A stretch of DNA of 64,000 nucleotides from Candidatus Spongiisociaceae bacterium (GCA_965202665.1 OZ241841.1:736001-800000); one strand, 5' to 3'; positions 46,720-58,921 are shown, numbered from the stretch's first letter. Notes: generated from the sequence alone by a model not told the origin. Numbers and translations are program-made.

Positions 46720-47795
46720 CACAGGCCGCCCGGCAGAACGCCCGGATTCAGAATCCGATCCGGATCGAACAGGGAAACCAGTTTCCGCTGGATGGGCAAA
46801 GAGGCGGGCGGGGTCCCCCACGGGTCCACCCGCTCCCGCAACTCGGCCGGGGCCTCCAGCAACGCCAGGCATCCCCCGTCCGCTTCCGCCTGCGCCCGCA
46901 AGCCGTTCAAGAAATCCGGTTCGGCCCGCCCGGCGGCGGTTACCTCCCCCACCCCGAACTGGGCCACATAGGCGAAACCGGCGGCGGCCCGCAGGCGGTT
47001 GACGATGGAACGCAGCCGGGAAGGGGGGGTCCGCACCGAAAACCGGAGGGGGCCGGCGGGAGGGTCCGGCCAAACCCAGCCTTCGGAAACCTCCCCTCCC
47101 AGAGCAGCCGACTGCCCCTCCACTTCTTCGGGGGTTCCCGACAGGAACACGGAAGTCCCCCGCTCGGTTTCCAAAACGGCCAATGGGCGGTAGGCGCGGG
47201 ACAGGGCCTCCTCGGCGGATGAAACCCCGACGGTGGCCCGTGCCATGGGCAAAGGCCACAGCTTCAGGCACACTTGCGCGATCAGGCCCAGCGAACCCAG
47301 GGAACCCACCGCCAAGCGGGGCAGGTCGTAGCCGGTGACGTTTTTCACCAGTCGCCCCCCGGCGGTGACCGTCCGCCCGTCCCCGGTCACCAACGTCACT
47401 TCCAACACCCGGTCCCGGAGGGGGCCGTAGCGGAAGCGCCGCCATCCCGACCGGCCGGCCGCCAGCGCCCCTCCCACCGTGCCCTCCCCGGGGCGTTCGG
47501 TCAGGGCCGCCGTCTGGCCCCGTTCGGCCAGGACGCCCTCCAACTCCCGGATGGGCAGTCCCGCTTCCACCGCCACCGTCAAATCCTCCGGCTCCCAAGC
47601 CGTTATCTTCCGCAGTCCGGCGGTGGACACCTCCAAATCCGGGCTGAAAGGGTAACCGAGGCCCTGCTGGGTTCCGCCCCCCCGCACCCGGATGCGGGTT
47701 CCGGAGGCAGAGGCGTCGGCCAGCAAACTAGCCGCCTCCCCGACCGTCTCCGGGACGACCTGCGGCGGACCGGGCGAAGCCGGCACGGCGCTCAC
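46719..47795 (-). CDS. glcE: Glycolate oxidase FAD-binding subunit
   Basis: VRGGGT and GGRLVKNVTGYDLPRL motifs. Confidence 0.85.
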   Translation of the reverse strand: MSAVPASPGPPQVVPETVGEAASLLADASASGTRIRVRGGGTQQGLGYPFSPDLEVSTAGLRKITAWEPEDLTVAVEAGLPIRELEGVLAERGQTAALTERPGEGTVGGALAAGRSGWRRFRYGPLRDRVLEVTLVTGDGRTVTAGGRLVKNVTGYDLPRLAVGSLGSLGLIAQVCLKLWPLPMARATVGVSSAEEALSRAYRPLAVLETERGTSVFLSGTPEEVEGQSAALGGEVSEGWVWPDPPAGPLRFSVRTPPSRLRSIVNRLRAAAGFAYVAQFGVGEVTAAGRAEPDFLNGLRAQAEADGGCLALLEAPAELRERVDPWGTPPASLPIQRKLVSLFDPDRILNPGVLPGGL

Positions 47796-49216
47796 ACCCA
47801 GGCGCCCTCGGGGGGAGGGCGGCCGAAATCAAAACAGCGGGAGCCTTCGGGGAGGATCTTGTTCGGGTTGAGCAAGCCGTCCGGATCGAAGGCCTCCCGG
47901 ATGCGGGCTTGGGCGTCCAAGTCGGTTTCGTTGAAAACCAGCGGCATGAAATCCCGTTTTTCCACTCCGATGCCGTGCTCCCCGGACAGGGCCCCGCCCA
48001 GTTTCACGCACATCTCAATCAGGTCTTCGCCCGCCGCCGCCACCCGCTCCCTCACCCCCGGTTCGGAGGCGTCGAAAGTCATCAGCGGATGCAGGTTGCC
48101 GTCGCCGGCGTGGAACACGTTCAGCATCGGGATGTCATGGCGGCGGGAAATCTCATAGACGCTTTCGATGGCCTCCACCAGCTTGGTGCGGGGAACCACC
48201 GTGTCGTGCAGGTAATAGTCGGGTTTCATCTGGGCGATGGCCCCGAAAGCCGCCTTGCGGCCCCGCCAGATGTCGTCCCGTTCCGCTTCATCGGCCGCCG
48301 CCCGGATAATGACCGCCCGGTTCCGCTCGGCGATGCCCCGGATGAGCCGGGATTCGGCTTCCACGGCCATGGGATGGCCGGTCACTTCGGCGATCAGCAC
48401 CGCCCCCGCCTCGGTGGGGAACCCGGCCCGGGCGAACCTTTCCACCGCCTCCACCATCGCCTGGTCCATCATCTCCAAAGCGGCGGGCACCACCCCGGCC
48501 GCGATCACCTCCGACACCACGGCCGCCGCCTCGGCGACCCGTTCGAAAGCCAGCAACAGGGTGCCCACCGCCGGGGGATTGGGGGTGAGTTTGACCAACA
48601 CGTCCGTGACGATCCCCAAAGTTCCTTCGGAGCCGACCAGGGCGGCCCGCAAGTCCAAACCGATCGGGTCGGGAGCGGGCCCCCCGACGATGAAAACCTC
48701 TCCGTCGGAGGCCACCACCTCCAAAGCCAAAACGTGATTGGCGGTGGTTCCCTCGGCCAGGCAGTGCGGGCCGCCCGAATTGTTGGCCACGTTCCCACCG
48801 ATGGTGCAGGCCGACTGCGAGGACGGGTCGGGGGCGAAATGGAACCCGAAGGGGGTCAAATGCTTGGTCAGGTCCAGGTTGACAACCCCCGGCTGCGCCC
48901 AAACGCAACGATCCTCCACCGACACTTCGCCGATGCGGTTCATGCGGGTGACCACCAGCAACACCGCCGGGGTGGTGGCGACGGTTCCGCCCGCCAAACC
49001 GGTGCCCGCCCCGCGGGGTATCACCGCCGTCTCGTGCTTTTTAGCGGATTTGACGATGGCGGCCACCTCGGCGGTGTTGTGCGGAAACACCACCAGGCTG
49101 GGCTCGCCCCGGTCGATCCCGGCGTCCTTGCTGAACACGTAGCGTTCCAACGGGTCGGACAGCACCCGGTCGTCGCCCAACAGGTCCCGCAAATCCGACT
49201 CCAACATCTGCAACAT
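47792..49216 (-). CDS. glcD: Glycolate oxidase subunit GlcD
   Basis: PRGAGTGLAGG, APDPSSQ, HAGDGNLHP and GEHGIGVEK motifs. Confidence 0.88.
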   Translation of the reverse strand: MLQMLESDLRDLLGDDRVLSDPLERYVFSKDAGIDRGEPSLVVFPHNTAEVAAIVKSAKKHETAVIPRGAGTGLAGGTVATTPAVLLVVTRMNRIGEVSVEDRCVWAQPGVVNLDLTKHLTPFGFHFAPDPSSQSACTIGGNVANNSGGPHCLAEGTTANHVLALEVVASDGEVFIVGGPAPDPIGLDLRAALVGSEGTLGIVTDVLVKLTPNPPAVGTLLLAFERVAEAAAVVSEVIAAGVVPAALEMMDQAMVEAVERFARAGFPTEAGAVLIAEVTGHPMAVEAESRLIRGIAERNRAVIIRAAADEAERDDIWRGRKAAFGAIAQMKPDYYLHDTVVPRTKLVEAIESVYEISRRHDIPMLNVFHAGDGNLHPLMTFDASEPGVRERVAAAGEDLIEMCVKLGGALSGEHGIGVEKRDFMPLVFNETDLDAQARIREAFDPDGLLNPNKILPEGSRCFDFGRPPPEGAWV

Positions 49217-49332
49217 AAGGTTGATGGTAATACCCGCGCGTGACGGAAACGCTGTCGGCGGCGGCGGGAGCGGCCTGTTACGATGGGATGGGTTTCCGCC
49301 GGGAGGGCCGGCGGAGGCCGGCAGGAGGAGAA

Positions 49333-49590
49333 ATGGCGATCGTCGCCCAGCCCACCCCCAATCCCAACGCCTACAAATTCGCGGTCGGCAGGCCGGTGGG
49401 CGGCCCGGCCAGTTACACGGCGGGGGACGGGGCGGACCATCCGGCGGCGGCCGAGTTGCTGGAAGTGGAAGGCGTGTCCGGCGTGTTCATGTCCGCCGAC
49501 TTTTTCACCCTCTCCAAAACCCCCGAATCCGACTGGGAAAACCTCATCCCCGCCGCCCGGTCCATCCTGGAAACCCACTACCCGGACTGA
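49333..49590 (+). CDS. Stand-alone Nfu/NifU N-terminal scaffold domain protein
   Basis: QPTPNPNAYKF...GVSGVFMSADFFTLSK..W; AGGAGG RBS. Confidence 0.8.
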   Translation: MAIVAQPTPNPNAYKFAVGRPVGGPASYTAGDGADHPAAAELLEVEGVSGVFMSADFFTLSKTPESDWENLIPAARSILETHYPD

Positions 49591-49632
49591 CCCCCCGCTC
49601 CTTGCGCGCCCGTTGCCGCGTCGGCCCGGGTT

Positions 49633-50688
49633 CTATCCCGCTCCGCTCAGAAAACAGCGCAGGGTTTTATAGGCTTCATCCAGATTGGCCAGGGGGACGC
49701 TTTCCCCGGCTTGGTGGGCTTGGGCGGTTTCGCCGGGGCCGTAGTTGACAGCGGGTACGCCATGGGCGGCCAAACGGGCTACGTCCGTCCACGCCTGTTT
49801 GGGTTCCACCGGGGCGTCCGCGCACCGGCGGAGCCGTTCCAAAAACGGATTGTCCTCCGGGACCGGGGCGGCCGGGGCGATGTCGGTAATCTCCACTTCG
49901 TCCGCCCCCGACGACGCCTCCAACAGGCGCCGGCGCGCTTCGTCCGGGGTGCGGTGGGGAGCGAACCGGTAGTTCAGGTTTATTTCAAAGGCGCCGGGGA
50001 TGACGTTGTTGGCCACTCCGCCCGCCGCCCGCGTCACCGAAAACACCTCGTAGAAGGTGAGGCCGCCCGACTCATGGGGCTCCGGCTCCCGGCGGTGCAT
50101 CCCGGCCAGCCAGCCGCCCGCTTTGGTCACCGCGTTCTCCCCCAACCAGGGGCGGGCGCTGTGGGCGGCCCGGCCCGTAAAGCGCACCGCCGCGTTGACC
50201 ACCCCGGTGCATCCCAACTGCAGGGCCAGGTCGGTGGGCTCCCCCACGATGGCGAACTGGGCCTCGGCCAGCCAGGGGAGGGCCCGCAACGTCGGCTCCA
50301 AGCCGTTGGCGGCGAACGGCCCCTCTTCGGCGTCGTAGAACACCCCCGCCGTATCGTAGGGCCCGTCCATGGCCGCGGCCTCTTCCAGCAGGTGGAGCAT
50401 CACCGCCAAACCGGCTTTCATATCGGAAGCCCCCAACCCGTACAGCCGCCCGTTCTCCATCCGGGCCGGGCCCTGCCCTTGGCGGGGAACCGTGTCCAAA
50501 TGGCCCACCAGCAGGACCAGGGGGCGGCCGGTGCGCCGGCCCGCCACCAGGCTGTTGCCCACCCGGCGCATCTCGTCTTCCCGATAGACGGCGGACAGCC
50601 GTTCCGCCAAGGCCGCGCACAGCGGCCCCTCCTCCCCGGTCGCCGACGGCGTATCCACCAGCCACGTCAAAGTGTCGGCCAGGTTCAA
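49633..50688 (-). CDS. dapE: Succinyl-diaminopimelate desuccinylase
   Basis: GHLDTVP, GASDMK, EEG, HSARPW, WTDVAR and AH motifs; TTG start overlaps the dapD stop. Confidence 0.9.
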   Translation of the reverse strand: MNLADTLTWLVDTPSATGEEGPLCAALAERLSAVYREDEMRRVGNSLVAGRRTGRPLVLLVGHLDTVPRQGQGPARMENGRLYGLGASDMKAGLAVMLHLLEEAAAMDGPYDTAGVFYDAEEGPFAANGLEPTLRALPWLAEAQFAIVGEPTDLALQLGCTGVVNAAVRFTGRAAHSARPWLGENAVTKAGGWLAGMHRREPEPHESGGLTFYEVFSVTRAAGGVANNVIPGAFEINLNYRFAPHRTPDEARRRLLEASSGADEVEITDIAPAAPVPEDNPFLERLRRCADAPVEPKQAWTDVARLAAHGVPAVNYGPGETAQAHQAGESVPLANLDEAYKTLRCFLSGAG

Positions 50689-51491
50689 ACCGTCACCTCG
50701 AAGACGCGCAGGGCCTCGTTGAGCGAAGTGCGGTCGTCGGTGCCCGCGGTGCGTTGGCCGATGATGTAGGCGCAGGCCAGGGAGGCGGTTCCGGACGGGA
50801 ACTCTTTGGGGCGGGTTCCGGGAACCACCACCGAACGGGCGGGCACCCGGCCCCGGTACTCCGTCCGCTCCGGGCCGGTCAGGTCGATGATGGGGGTGGA
50901 AGCGGTTATGGCCACGTTGGCGGCCAGCACCGCCCCCTCCTCGATCAGGGCCCCTTCGGTGACGATGCACCGGCTGCCCACGAACGCCCCGTCCTCCACG
51001 ATCACCGGCCGGGCGTTGGGGGGCTCCAGCACCCCCCCTATCCCCACCCCGCCGGACAGGTGGACCCCCGCACCGATCTGGGCGCAGGAACCGACCGTGG
51101 CCCAAGTGTCCACCATCGTCCCGGCCGCCACATAGGCCCCGATGTTCACATAGCCGGGCATCACGATCACCCCCGGCTCGCAGAAGGCCCCGTAGCGCAC
51201 CGCGCCGGGGGGGACCACCCGCACCCCCGCCTCGGCCAGATTCTGCTTGGTGGGAATCTTGTCGTAAAACCCGATGTCGCCGGCCCGCATCTCCCGCATT
51301 TCGGCCACCCCGAAGTAGAGCAGGATGGCCTGTTTGACCCACTCGTTCACCACCCACACCCCGCCGGTTTTTTCCGCCACCCGAATCTCCCCGGCGTCCA
51401 AGCGGGCGATGGCCTCCAGCACCGCCGTCCGAGCATCCCTCAGGCGGCTGCGGTCCGCAAAGGCCGCCTCTATCAGTTCACGGTCAGACAT
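50685..51491 (-). CDS. dapD: Tetrahydrodipicolinate N-succinyltransferase
   Basis: NEWVKQAILLYF and MVDTWATVGSCAQIG..HLSGGVGIGGVLEP. Confidence 0.95.
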   Translation of the reverse strand: MSDRELIEAAFADRSRLRDARTAVLEAIARLDAGEIRVAEKTGGVWVVNEWVKQAILLYFGVAEMREMRAGDIGFYDKIPTKQNLAEAGVRVVPPGAVRYGAFCEPGVIVMPGYVNIGAYVAAGTMVDTWATVGSCAQIGAGVHLSGGVGIGGVLEPPNARPVIVEDGAFVGSRCIVTEGALIEEGAVLAANVAITASTPIIDLTGPERTEYRGRVPARSVVVPGTRPKEFPSGTASLACAYIIGQRTAGTDDRTSLNEALRVFEVTV

Positions 51492-52612
51492 TTTTGCATC
51501 ACCTCCATCGCCTGTTCGCATTCTTCCACGGTCGGAACCAAAGCCAGCCGAATGTAGTTTCGGCCGCCCGGACCGAACGCCCGGCCGGGGGTGACCGCCA
51601 CCCCCGCGTCCAACAGCCGGTCGGCGACCGCCAGGTCATCGTCCACCTTCGCCCACAGGTAAAGGCCCGCTTGGGAAGCGACCGGCTCCAAACCGGCGGC
51701 GGCCAAGCCCCGGCTCAGGACCGCCCTTCGTTCCCGGATGATCTCCCGCACCCGGGCCGCATGCCGGTCGTCCCCCCAAGCGGCTGCGGCCGCCGCCTGC
51801 ACGAAATCGGGGGAAGCCGTGCCGGTTCCGGTGCGGAGCAACTTCAAGGCGGATACGGCGGCCGGGTCGCCCACCACCGCCCCGCTGCGGTATCCGGTCA
51901 TCCCGCTCCGTTTGGACAGGCTCATATATACCAGGACGCCTTCGGTCCCGTTCACTTGCAGCAGGGAAGGCGGCGGCCGGTCCTCGTAGATGTCGGCGTA
52001 GCATTCGTCCGAGCAGAGCAAAGTCTCTTCGGCGGCGGCCCGTTCCCGGAACCGGGCCAACTCATCGAGCGGGATGACGGAACCGGCCGGGTTGTGCGGC
52101 GTGCACAACCACAGCATCCGGGCTTTGCGCCACACCTCGTCGGGGACATCGGAGGCCCGGAAAATGAAGTCATCCCGCGTGGGAAGCGGGACGGACTCCG
52201 CCCCGGCGAACAGCGCCCCCCGTTCGTATACGGGGTAGCCGGGGGTGGACCAAGCCACCGCTTGCCCCGCCGCCCGGTCGATGAAAGCCAGCGGAGTTGA
52301 AAAAATGGCTTCTTTCGCCCCCGAGCAGGGGAGAACCTCCCGGTCGGGGTCCGCTCGCACCCCGAACCGCCGCCGCACATAGCCGGCCACGGCCTCCCGC
52401 AGGGCGGGCAAACCGGCCACCGTCGGATACTGGGAGACGGACGGAACCGCCTCCCGCAAGGTCTGCGGGATGACGTCCTCAGTGGGCTCCCGCAGATCGC
52501 CGATGGAAAAATCGGCCAGCAACTTTCCGGCCTCCCGCAAAGCCCGCGTCCGGTCGTGTACGGCGGTGACGGGATTTTTACCCACCCGCTCCAAAATCGG
52601 ATTAAGGCGCAT
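51473..52612 (-). CDS. dapC: Succinyldiaminopimelate aminotransferase (class I/II)
   Basis: PHNPAG, SDECY and SLSKRSGMTGYRSG; operon with dapD and dapE. Confidence 0.85.
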   Translation of the reverse strand: MRLNPILERVGKNPVTAVHDRTRALREAGKLLADFSIGDLREPTEDVIPQTLREAVPSVSQYPTVAGLPALREAVAGYVRRRFGVRADPDREVLPCSGAKEAIFSTPLAFIDRAAGQAVAWSTPGYPVYERGALFAGAESVPLPTRDDFIFRASDVPDEVWRKARMLWLCTPHNPAGSVIPLDELARFRERAAAEETLLCSDECYADIYEDRPPPSLLQVNGTEGVLVYMSLSKRSGMTGYRSGAVVGDPAAVSALKLLRTGTGTASPDFVQAAAAAAWGDDRHAARVREIIRERRAVLSRGLAAAGLEPVASQAGLYLWAKVDDDLAVADRLLDAGVAVTPGRAFGPGGRNYIRLALVPTVEECEQAMEVMQKCLTVN

Positions 52613-52658
52613 CCTCCGAGAATAGCCCCCGGCCGGAATTATTCCGAACGGCTACAGC

Positions 52659-53734
52659 TGTACATGGCCAGTAGGTTGGTTACAGTCTGGAGGTTGGTGG
52701 TTTGCCTCCGAGGCTGTAGCGGGGTCGGTGGTTATTGTAGTAGTGGAGCCAGTGGCGGAGGGCTTGGTTTCGGGTTTGGTTGTCGGGCCAGGGTTGGGAG
52801 TTGGCCCATTCGCGTTTGAGGGTTTGGTTGTATCGCTCCACTTTGCCGTTCCGCTGGGGATGATACGGTCTGATCGTGATATGACGGATGTCGTGCTGGG
52901 CGAGCAGGGAAGCGAACGCTCGGCTGCGGGTGTAGCTCCAGTGGTTGTCGGTCATGATCTCCGCGATGTGGGTTATGCCTAGTTGGCGGAAGTGGTGGAG
53001 GGCGCGGGCGGTGAACGCGGCGACGGTGGTTCCTTTCTCGTCTGATAGCGTTTCGGAGTAGGCGAGGCGGGTGTAGTCGTCCACGATGGAGTGCACAAAG
53101 GTCCATCCCGCTCCGCTGGCGGGGGCGTTGCCCCGGCCGTGTACCTTCCATCCCCCGCCGGGCGGTATGGAAGAAAGCTTCTTAACGTCCATATGCAGCA
53201 ACTCACCAGGCCGTTCCCGTTCATACCGCACCACCGGCCCGGGAGGGGTTTTGAGCGGTTCGCCGGTCAGCAGGTCGCATTCCCACAGACGCAACACTCC
53301 GCGGCGGCGGAGGATGCGGCTGATCGTCCGCTCCGGCACCCCCGTAAACGCCGACAACCGAGCGGGCCCCGCCCGCAACCGCCGCCGCGCCCGCAGCACC
53401 AGCTCTTCCACCGCCGGGCTGGTACGCATAGGGGAACAACGCGGCCGAGACGACCGGTCCTCCAAACCGGCCTCGCCTTCCTCCCGGTAACGGCGCACCC
53501 ACTTGGACACGCACTGCCGAGACAGGCCCATTCCCCGAGCCACCCGCGCCACCGGCTCCCCTTCTTCTATCACCCGCAACACCATCCCCAAACGTCCCAA
53601 AGGCGACGACCTCGCGTTACCATGCATCCCTGAAGACCTCCTCCCGTGCTATAGGGTGCTTTCACTCCCCATAACACCAGGAGGTCTTCACTTATGCAAC
53701 AACCAAACCGTCGCCAACGTCCTGGCCAAGTACA
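52659..53734 (-). mobile_element. IS481-family insertion sequence
   Basis: Terminal IRs TGTACATGGCCAGTAGGTTGG and CCAACGTCCTGGCCAAGTACA; TGT...ACA ends; ACTAGC on the right flank. Confidence 0.9.
52680..53627 (-). CDS. IS481 transposase
   Basis: MHGNAR N-terminus, LHMDVKK, VDDYTR, MTDN and NGKVER DDE motifs. Confidence 0.92.
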   Translation of the reverse strand: MHGNARSSPLGRLGMVLRVIEEGEPVARVARGMGLSRQCVSKWVRRYREEGEAGLEDRSSRPRCSPMRTSPAVEELVLRARRRLRAGPARLSAFTGVPERTISRILRRRGVLRLWECDLLTGEPLKTPPGPVVRYERERPGELLHMDVKKLSSIPPGGGWKVHGRGNAPASGAGWTFVHSIVDDYTRLAYSETLSDEKGTTVAAFTARALHHFRQLGITHIAEIMTDNHWSYTRSRAFASLLAQHDIRHITIRPYHPQRNGKVERYNQTLKREWANSQPWPDNQTRNQALRHWLHYYNNHRPRYSLGGKPPTSRL

Positions 53735-54171
53735 ACTAGCGTGCACAGGCAGAAAGGCCCTACCAGATCCAAGTTGGGTAGAATCTCCCCCAAGGTGCCC
53801 TCTGGATTCCGGGCAGTTTCAGAACACATTTCACAAACATTTCAATTTCATCCGCAACTAGCAGACCAGCAGATAGGCTTTTGTCAGCAAGTAATCACGG
53901 TACCGGTATAGGATTGCCTGCTGGCATTAACCCTGTCAGACTATCATTATCAGGTCTGTGTTCGTTAGCAGAAGAGAAGCTGCTGATTACAGGCTTATCC
54001 CCTGGTATGTTCCTGTAACGACCGTGTTCTTGCCTAGATAGTCTACCTGACCAACCAGCCGAAACAAACAAGCCTGTGCTGTCCAGACTGGTCAGGCCAT
54101 ATAGATTACCGGTCAGGCCTGTGGGGTCAAATAAGACTAACCATCAGGCATAAGATGTTACTGGTCAGACA

Positions 54172-54930
54172 TCAGGACGCACGCAAGATGTTATCAAAAG
54201 CCTGCCCTCCCTGCTCCATAACCTGTTTGGCATCCTGTACTATCTGTACGGCATACTGGATTGTCTGCTCTTCCTGTTGGTTCACCTGCGTTTCCAGGTC
54301 GATGGCAAACCGGACAGCCTGGTCAGTGTCCAGAACATTCTGCCATTCCTGCTCCGTGACCCGGATAGTCTGTCCTACCTGTTGCTGGTATTTTGCCCTG
54401 ACCAGCAGGACTGCCGTCAGCACTGCCTGTCCTGTATCTGCTACCTCCAGCCTGGCGGCCTCTATACCACTAATAGCATCATCCGCCCCATCATATATTT
54501 TCTTTTTTGCCTCTAAGTACTGTATGATTGCTTGCCAGGCTAACTGCCTAACCTGCTTTTTCTGCCGTCTGCCCTTAGCAATCTGCCACATCTGGTAAGC
54601 ACCCTGTAATGCCTGGACACCAGACCGCAGGTTTGGGATACCCTCTGTCCTAACATTCTGGATAGCTTGACGGAACACCTGAATGCTAACCTGATGATGT
54701 TGAATGGCAGTCAGATAGGTTCTGACAGCCTGTCTGATGGTTTCCAGAACATCCAGAATACTGGTCTGTTCTGACCATCCACCATCTACTGGTTGTATCC
54801 AGTTGCTGATGGCAGGAACAGACGGGCTTGCACTGTCATCAGGACTGACCAAGTCATACAGCCTATCCAGGCCTGCAATGTCTGACGGACTGTCGCCAAG
54901 CCACTGGGCAGGGTGCTGCTGGTCTGACAT
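54172..54930 (-). CDS. Hypothetical Gln-rich helical/coiled-coil protein
   Basis: 252-aa ORF coupled to the upstream ORF (shared base 54930) in a compositionally atypical island. Confidence 0.5.
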   Translation of the reverse strand: MSDQQHPAQWLGDSPSDIAGLDRLYDLVSPDDSASPSVPAISNWIQPVDGGWSEQTSILDVLETIRQAVRTYLTAIQHHQVSIQVFRQAIQNVRTEGIPNLRSGVQALQGAYQMWQIAKGRRQKKQVRQLAWQAIIQYLEAKKKIYDGADDAISGIEAARLEVADTGQAVLTAVLLVRAKYQQQVGQTIRVTEQEWQNVLDTDQAVRFAIDLETQVNQQEEQTIQYAVQIVQDAKQVMEQGGQAFDNILRAS

Positions 54931-55307
54931 CAGCGTTCCTGCTCTGTGACCTGGATAGCAGACCTGTATTTCCTATAAATTTCTATAATACCCTGCCGGT
55001 AATCATCCTGGGCTATCAGGTCAGTCCAGTTCCTGTCTATGTTCAGCATCATCGCCCGCACCTCCTTATAGAACAGGCACCTGTCATCCAGAGGAACCGT
55101 TTGCCACCCTGAACAGAGAGCCTGATGGAAATCATCCTCTGCCAGCATAACCTGTATGGCATCTATCAGTTCAGCAGGCATATCCTGGTTATGCTCTGTG
55201 GTGGTGAACATATGTTCCTCCATTGTGTTTCTGATGGGTCTGATGACCAGCCTGTTCTGTTCAGTATAGACTGGTCTGTGGAAATGCCAATCCGTCAGGC
55301 AGGACAA
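54930..55307 (-). CDS. Hypothetical protein (start probably later, at MEEHM or MFTTTE)
   Basis: ORF with no recognisable motif; GGAGG precedes the ATG of MFTTTE. Confidence 0.45.
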   Translation of the reverse strand: MSCLTDWHFHRPVYTEQNRLVIRPIRNTMEEHMFTTTEHNQDMPAELIDAIQVMLAEDDFHQALCSGWQTVPLDDRCLFYKEVRAMMLNIDRNWTDLIAQDDYRQGIIEIYRKYRSAIQVTEQER

Positions 55308-55474
55308 GCCTGGATATTAGACAGACCAGCAGACCAGAGAAGATCCGATTAATGGAGGGCCCACCTCAAACTAGCGTAACCACCCAACCCCTCACCCCCC
55401 TCAAACTACGAAGAGTCTGTAAAAGTGGTAACATAAGGAAGGCCGCTGACTGCGGAATGGGAAAGGAGGTTCCT

Positions 55475-56395
55475 ATGGCCAAGGATTATCAACTGGGCCG
55501 CCTGGAGAAGGTGGACCTGCGCGAGGTGTGGGCGGACGAGGCCGGGGACTTCACGCCGTGGCTGGCCGGTGAGGAAAATATCGCCCTGCTCTCCGATGCC
55601 ATAGGCCTGGACTTGGAGGTCGAAGAAACCGAGAAGAGAGTCGGCTCCTTTGCGGCGGACATCGTCTGCAGGGAGTGGGGAACCGAACATCGGGTTCTGA
55701 TCGAAAATCAGTTTGGGGAGACCGACCACGATCATCTTGGCAAACTTATAACTTATGCCGCAGGGTTGGATGCCGCTACTGTCATCTGGATAGCCAGCGA
55801 CCTGCGCGAGGAGCACCGAACCGCTTTGGACTGGTTGAACGACAACATCAGAGAAGAGTTTGGGTTTTTGGGAATTAAAATAGAACTATATCGTATTGGG
55901 GACTCCTTGCCTGCTCCGAAATTTTATATTATCTCGAAACCAAACAAATGGGATATGGTTACTAAACAGTTACCAAACCTGTATACAATAAGACTGGAAT
56001 ATTGGACGCAATTTTGTGAATTAGTGAAAAAAAGAGGTGGTCCGGTCAAGCCAGCTGAACCTAGTAAGACATGGATAAGACATTCAGTTCTACCCGGTTT
56101 TAAATTAGATATGGGAAATAATAGTATCAAAAAAACGATAAATATCAATGTAAGTCTGACAAAAACAGACTATAAAGAAGTATTTAAAGTGCTGGAGAAA
56201 GACAAAGAGCAAATTAAACAGGAGGCCGGGGAAAAATTTGAATGGCGTCAAAGAACTGGTCAAATTTTTCTTAGGAAATATTCGTGTGATATAAGGGATA
56301 GTGAAAGTTGGCCGGAGCAACATGATTGGCTTTATGAAAAACTGCAGTTGTTCCATAAAGTGTTCACGCCGCGAATTGAGAAAATTTATGACTAA
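55475..56395 (+). CDS. DUF4268-domain protein with an N-terminal NucS/PD-(D/E)XK-like nuclease domain
   Basis: LREVWADEAGDFTPWL, ADIVC..IENQ..TDHDHLGKLITYAAG and EYWTQF; AAGGAGG RBS. Confidence 0.8.
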   Translation: MAKDYQLGRLEKVDLREVWADEAGDFTPWLAGEENIALLSDAIGLDLEVEETEKRVGSFAADIVCREWGTEHRVLIENQFGETDHDHLGKLITYAAGLDAATVIWIASDLREEHRTALDWLNDNIREEFGFLGIKIELYRIGDSLPAPKFYIISKPNKWDMVTKQLPNLYTIRLEYWTQFCELVKKRGGPVKPAEPSKTWIRHSVLPGFKLDMGNNSIKKTININVSLTKTDYKEVFKVLEKDKEQIKQEAGEKFEWRQRTGQIFLRKYSCDIRDSESWPEQHDWLYEKLQLFHKVFTPRIEKIYD

Positions 56396-56789
56396 GGGAC
56401 GGTATCGGGCATTGTTTTTACTGTTGGGGGCGGCGGGGTTGGCGGTGGTGGCACTCGCCTTCTTGTACGGCTCGCCGGAGCGGGAGCGGGAACCGTTGCC
56501 CGACGTGTTGGAAGCCGTCAGCCCGCAACCGGGCAGCCAGGTGCCCCGGCAGACGGCGGTGGAAGTGGACCTGCCGGTCGGATACCGGCTGGAAATGTTC
56601 GCGGACAACTTCCGGGTGCCCCCCTCCGAAATTCGGTTCGTGGAAGGCACCGGGGTCCACACTTGGTCGCCCTCCTCCTCCTCCTCCATCCAATGGGGGG
56701 CCGGGGAGCATCGGGTGCTGGTGCGCTGGGAGCGTCTCAGCGGACTGCCCGATGTCGGCGAATATTCTTGGAGTTTCCGGGTTTTCTGA
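56388..56789 (+). CDS. Hypothetical membrane-anchored/secreted protein
   Basis: N-terminal TM helix and Ig-like C-terminus ending YSWSFRVF. Confidence 0.65.
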   Translation: MTKGRYRALFLLLGAAGLAVVALAFLYGSPEREREPLPDVLEAVSPQPGSQVPRQTAVEVDLPVGYRLEMFADNFRVPPSEIRFVEGTGVHTWSPSSSSSIQWGAGEHRVLVRWERLSGLPDVGEYSWSFRVF

Positions 56790-56814
56790 GCGGACGCCGC
56801 CCCCGGCCCCTCGC

Positions 56815-58908
<2,094 letters not shown>

Positions 58909-58921
58909 CTACTTCACCGGG

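Noticed and set aside
52651-53740. Perfect target-site duplication of IS481
   Set aside because: Left flank TACAGC and right flank ACTAGC do not match exactly, so the duplication is degenerate or rearranged
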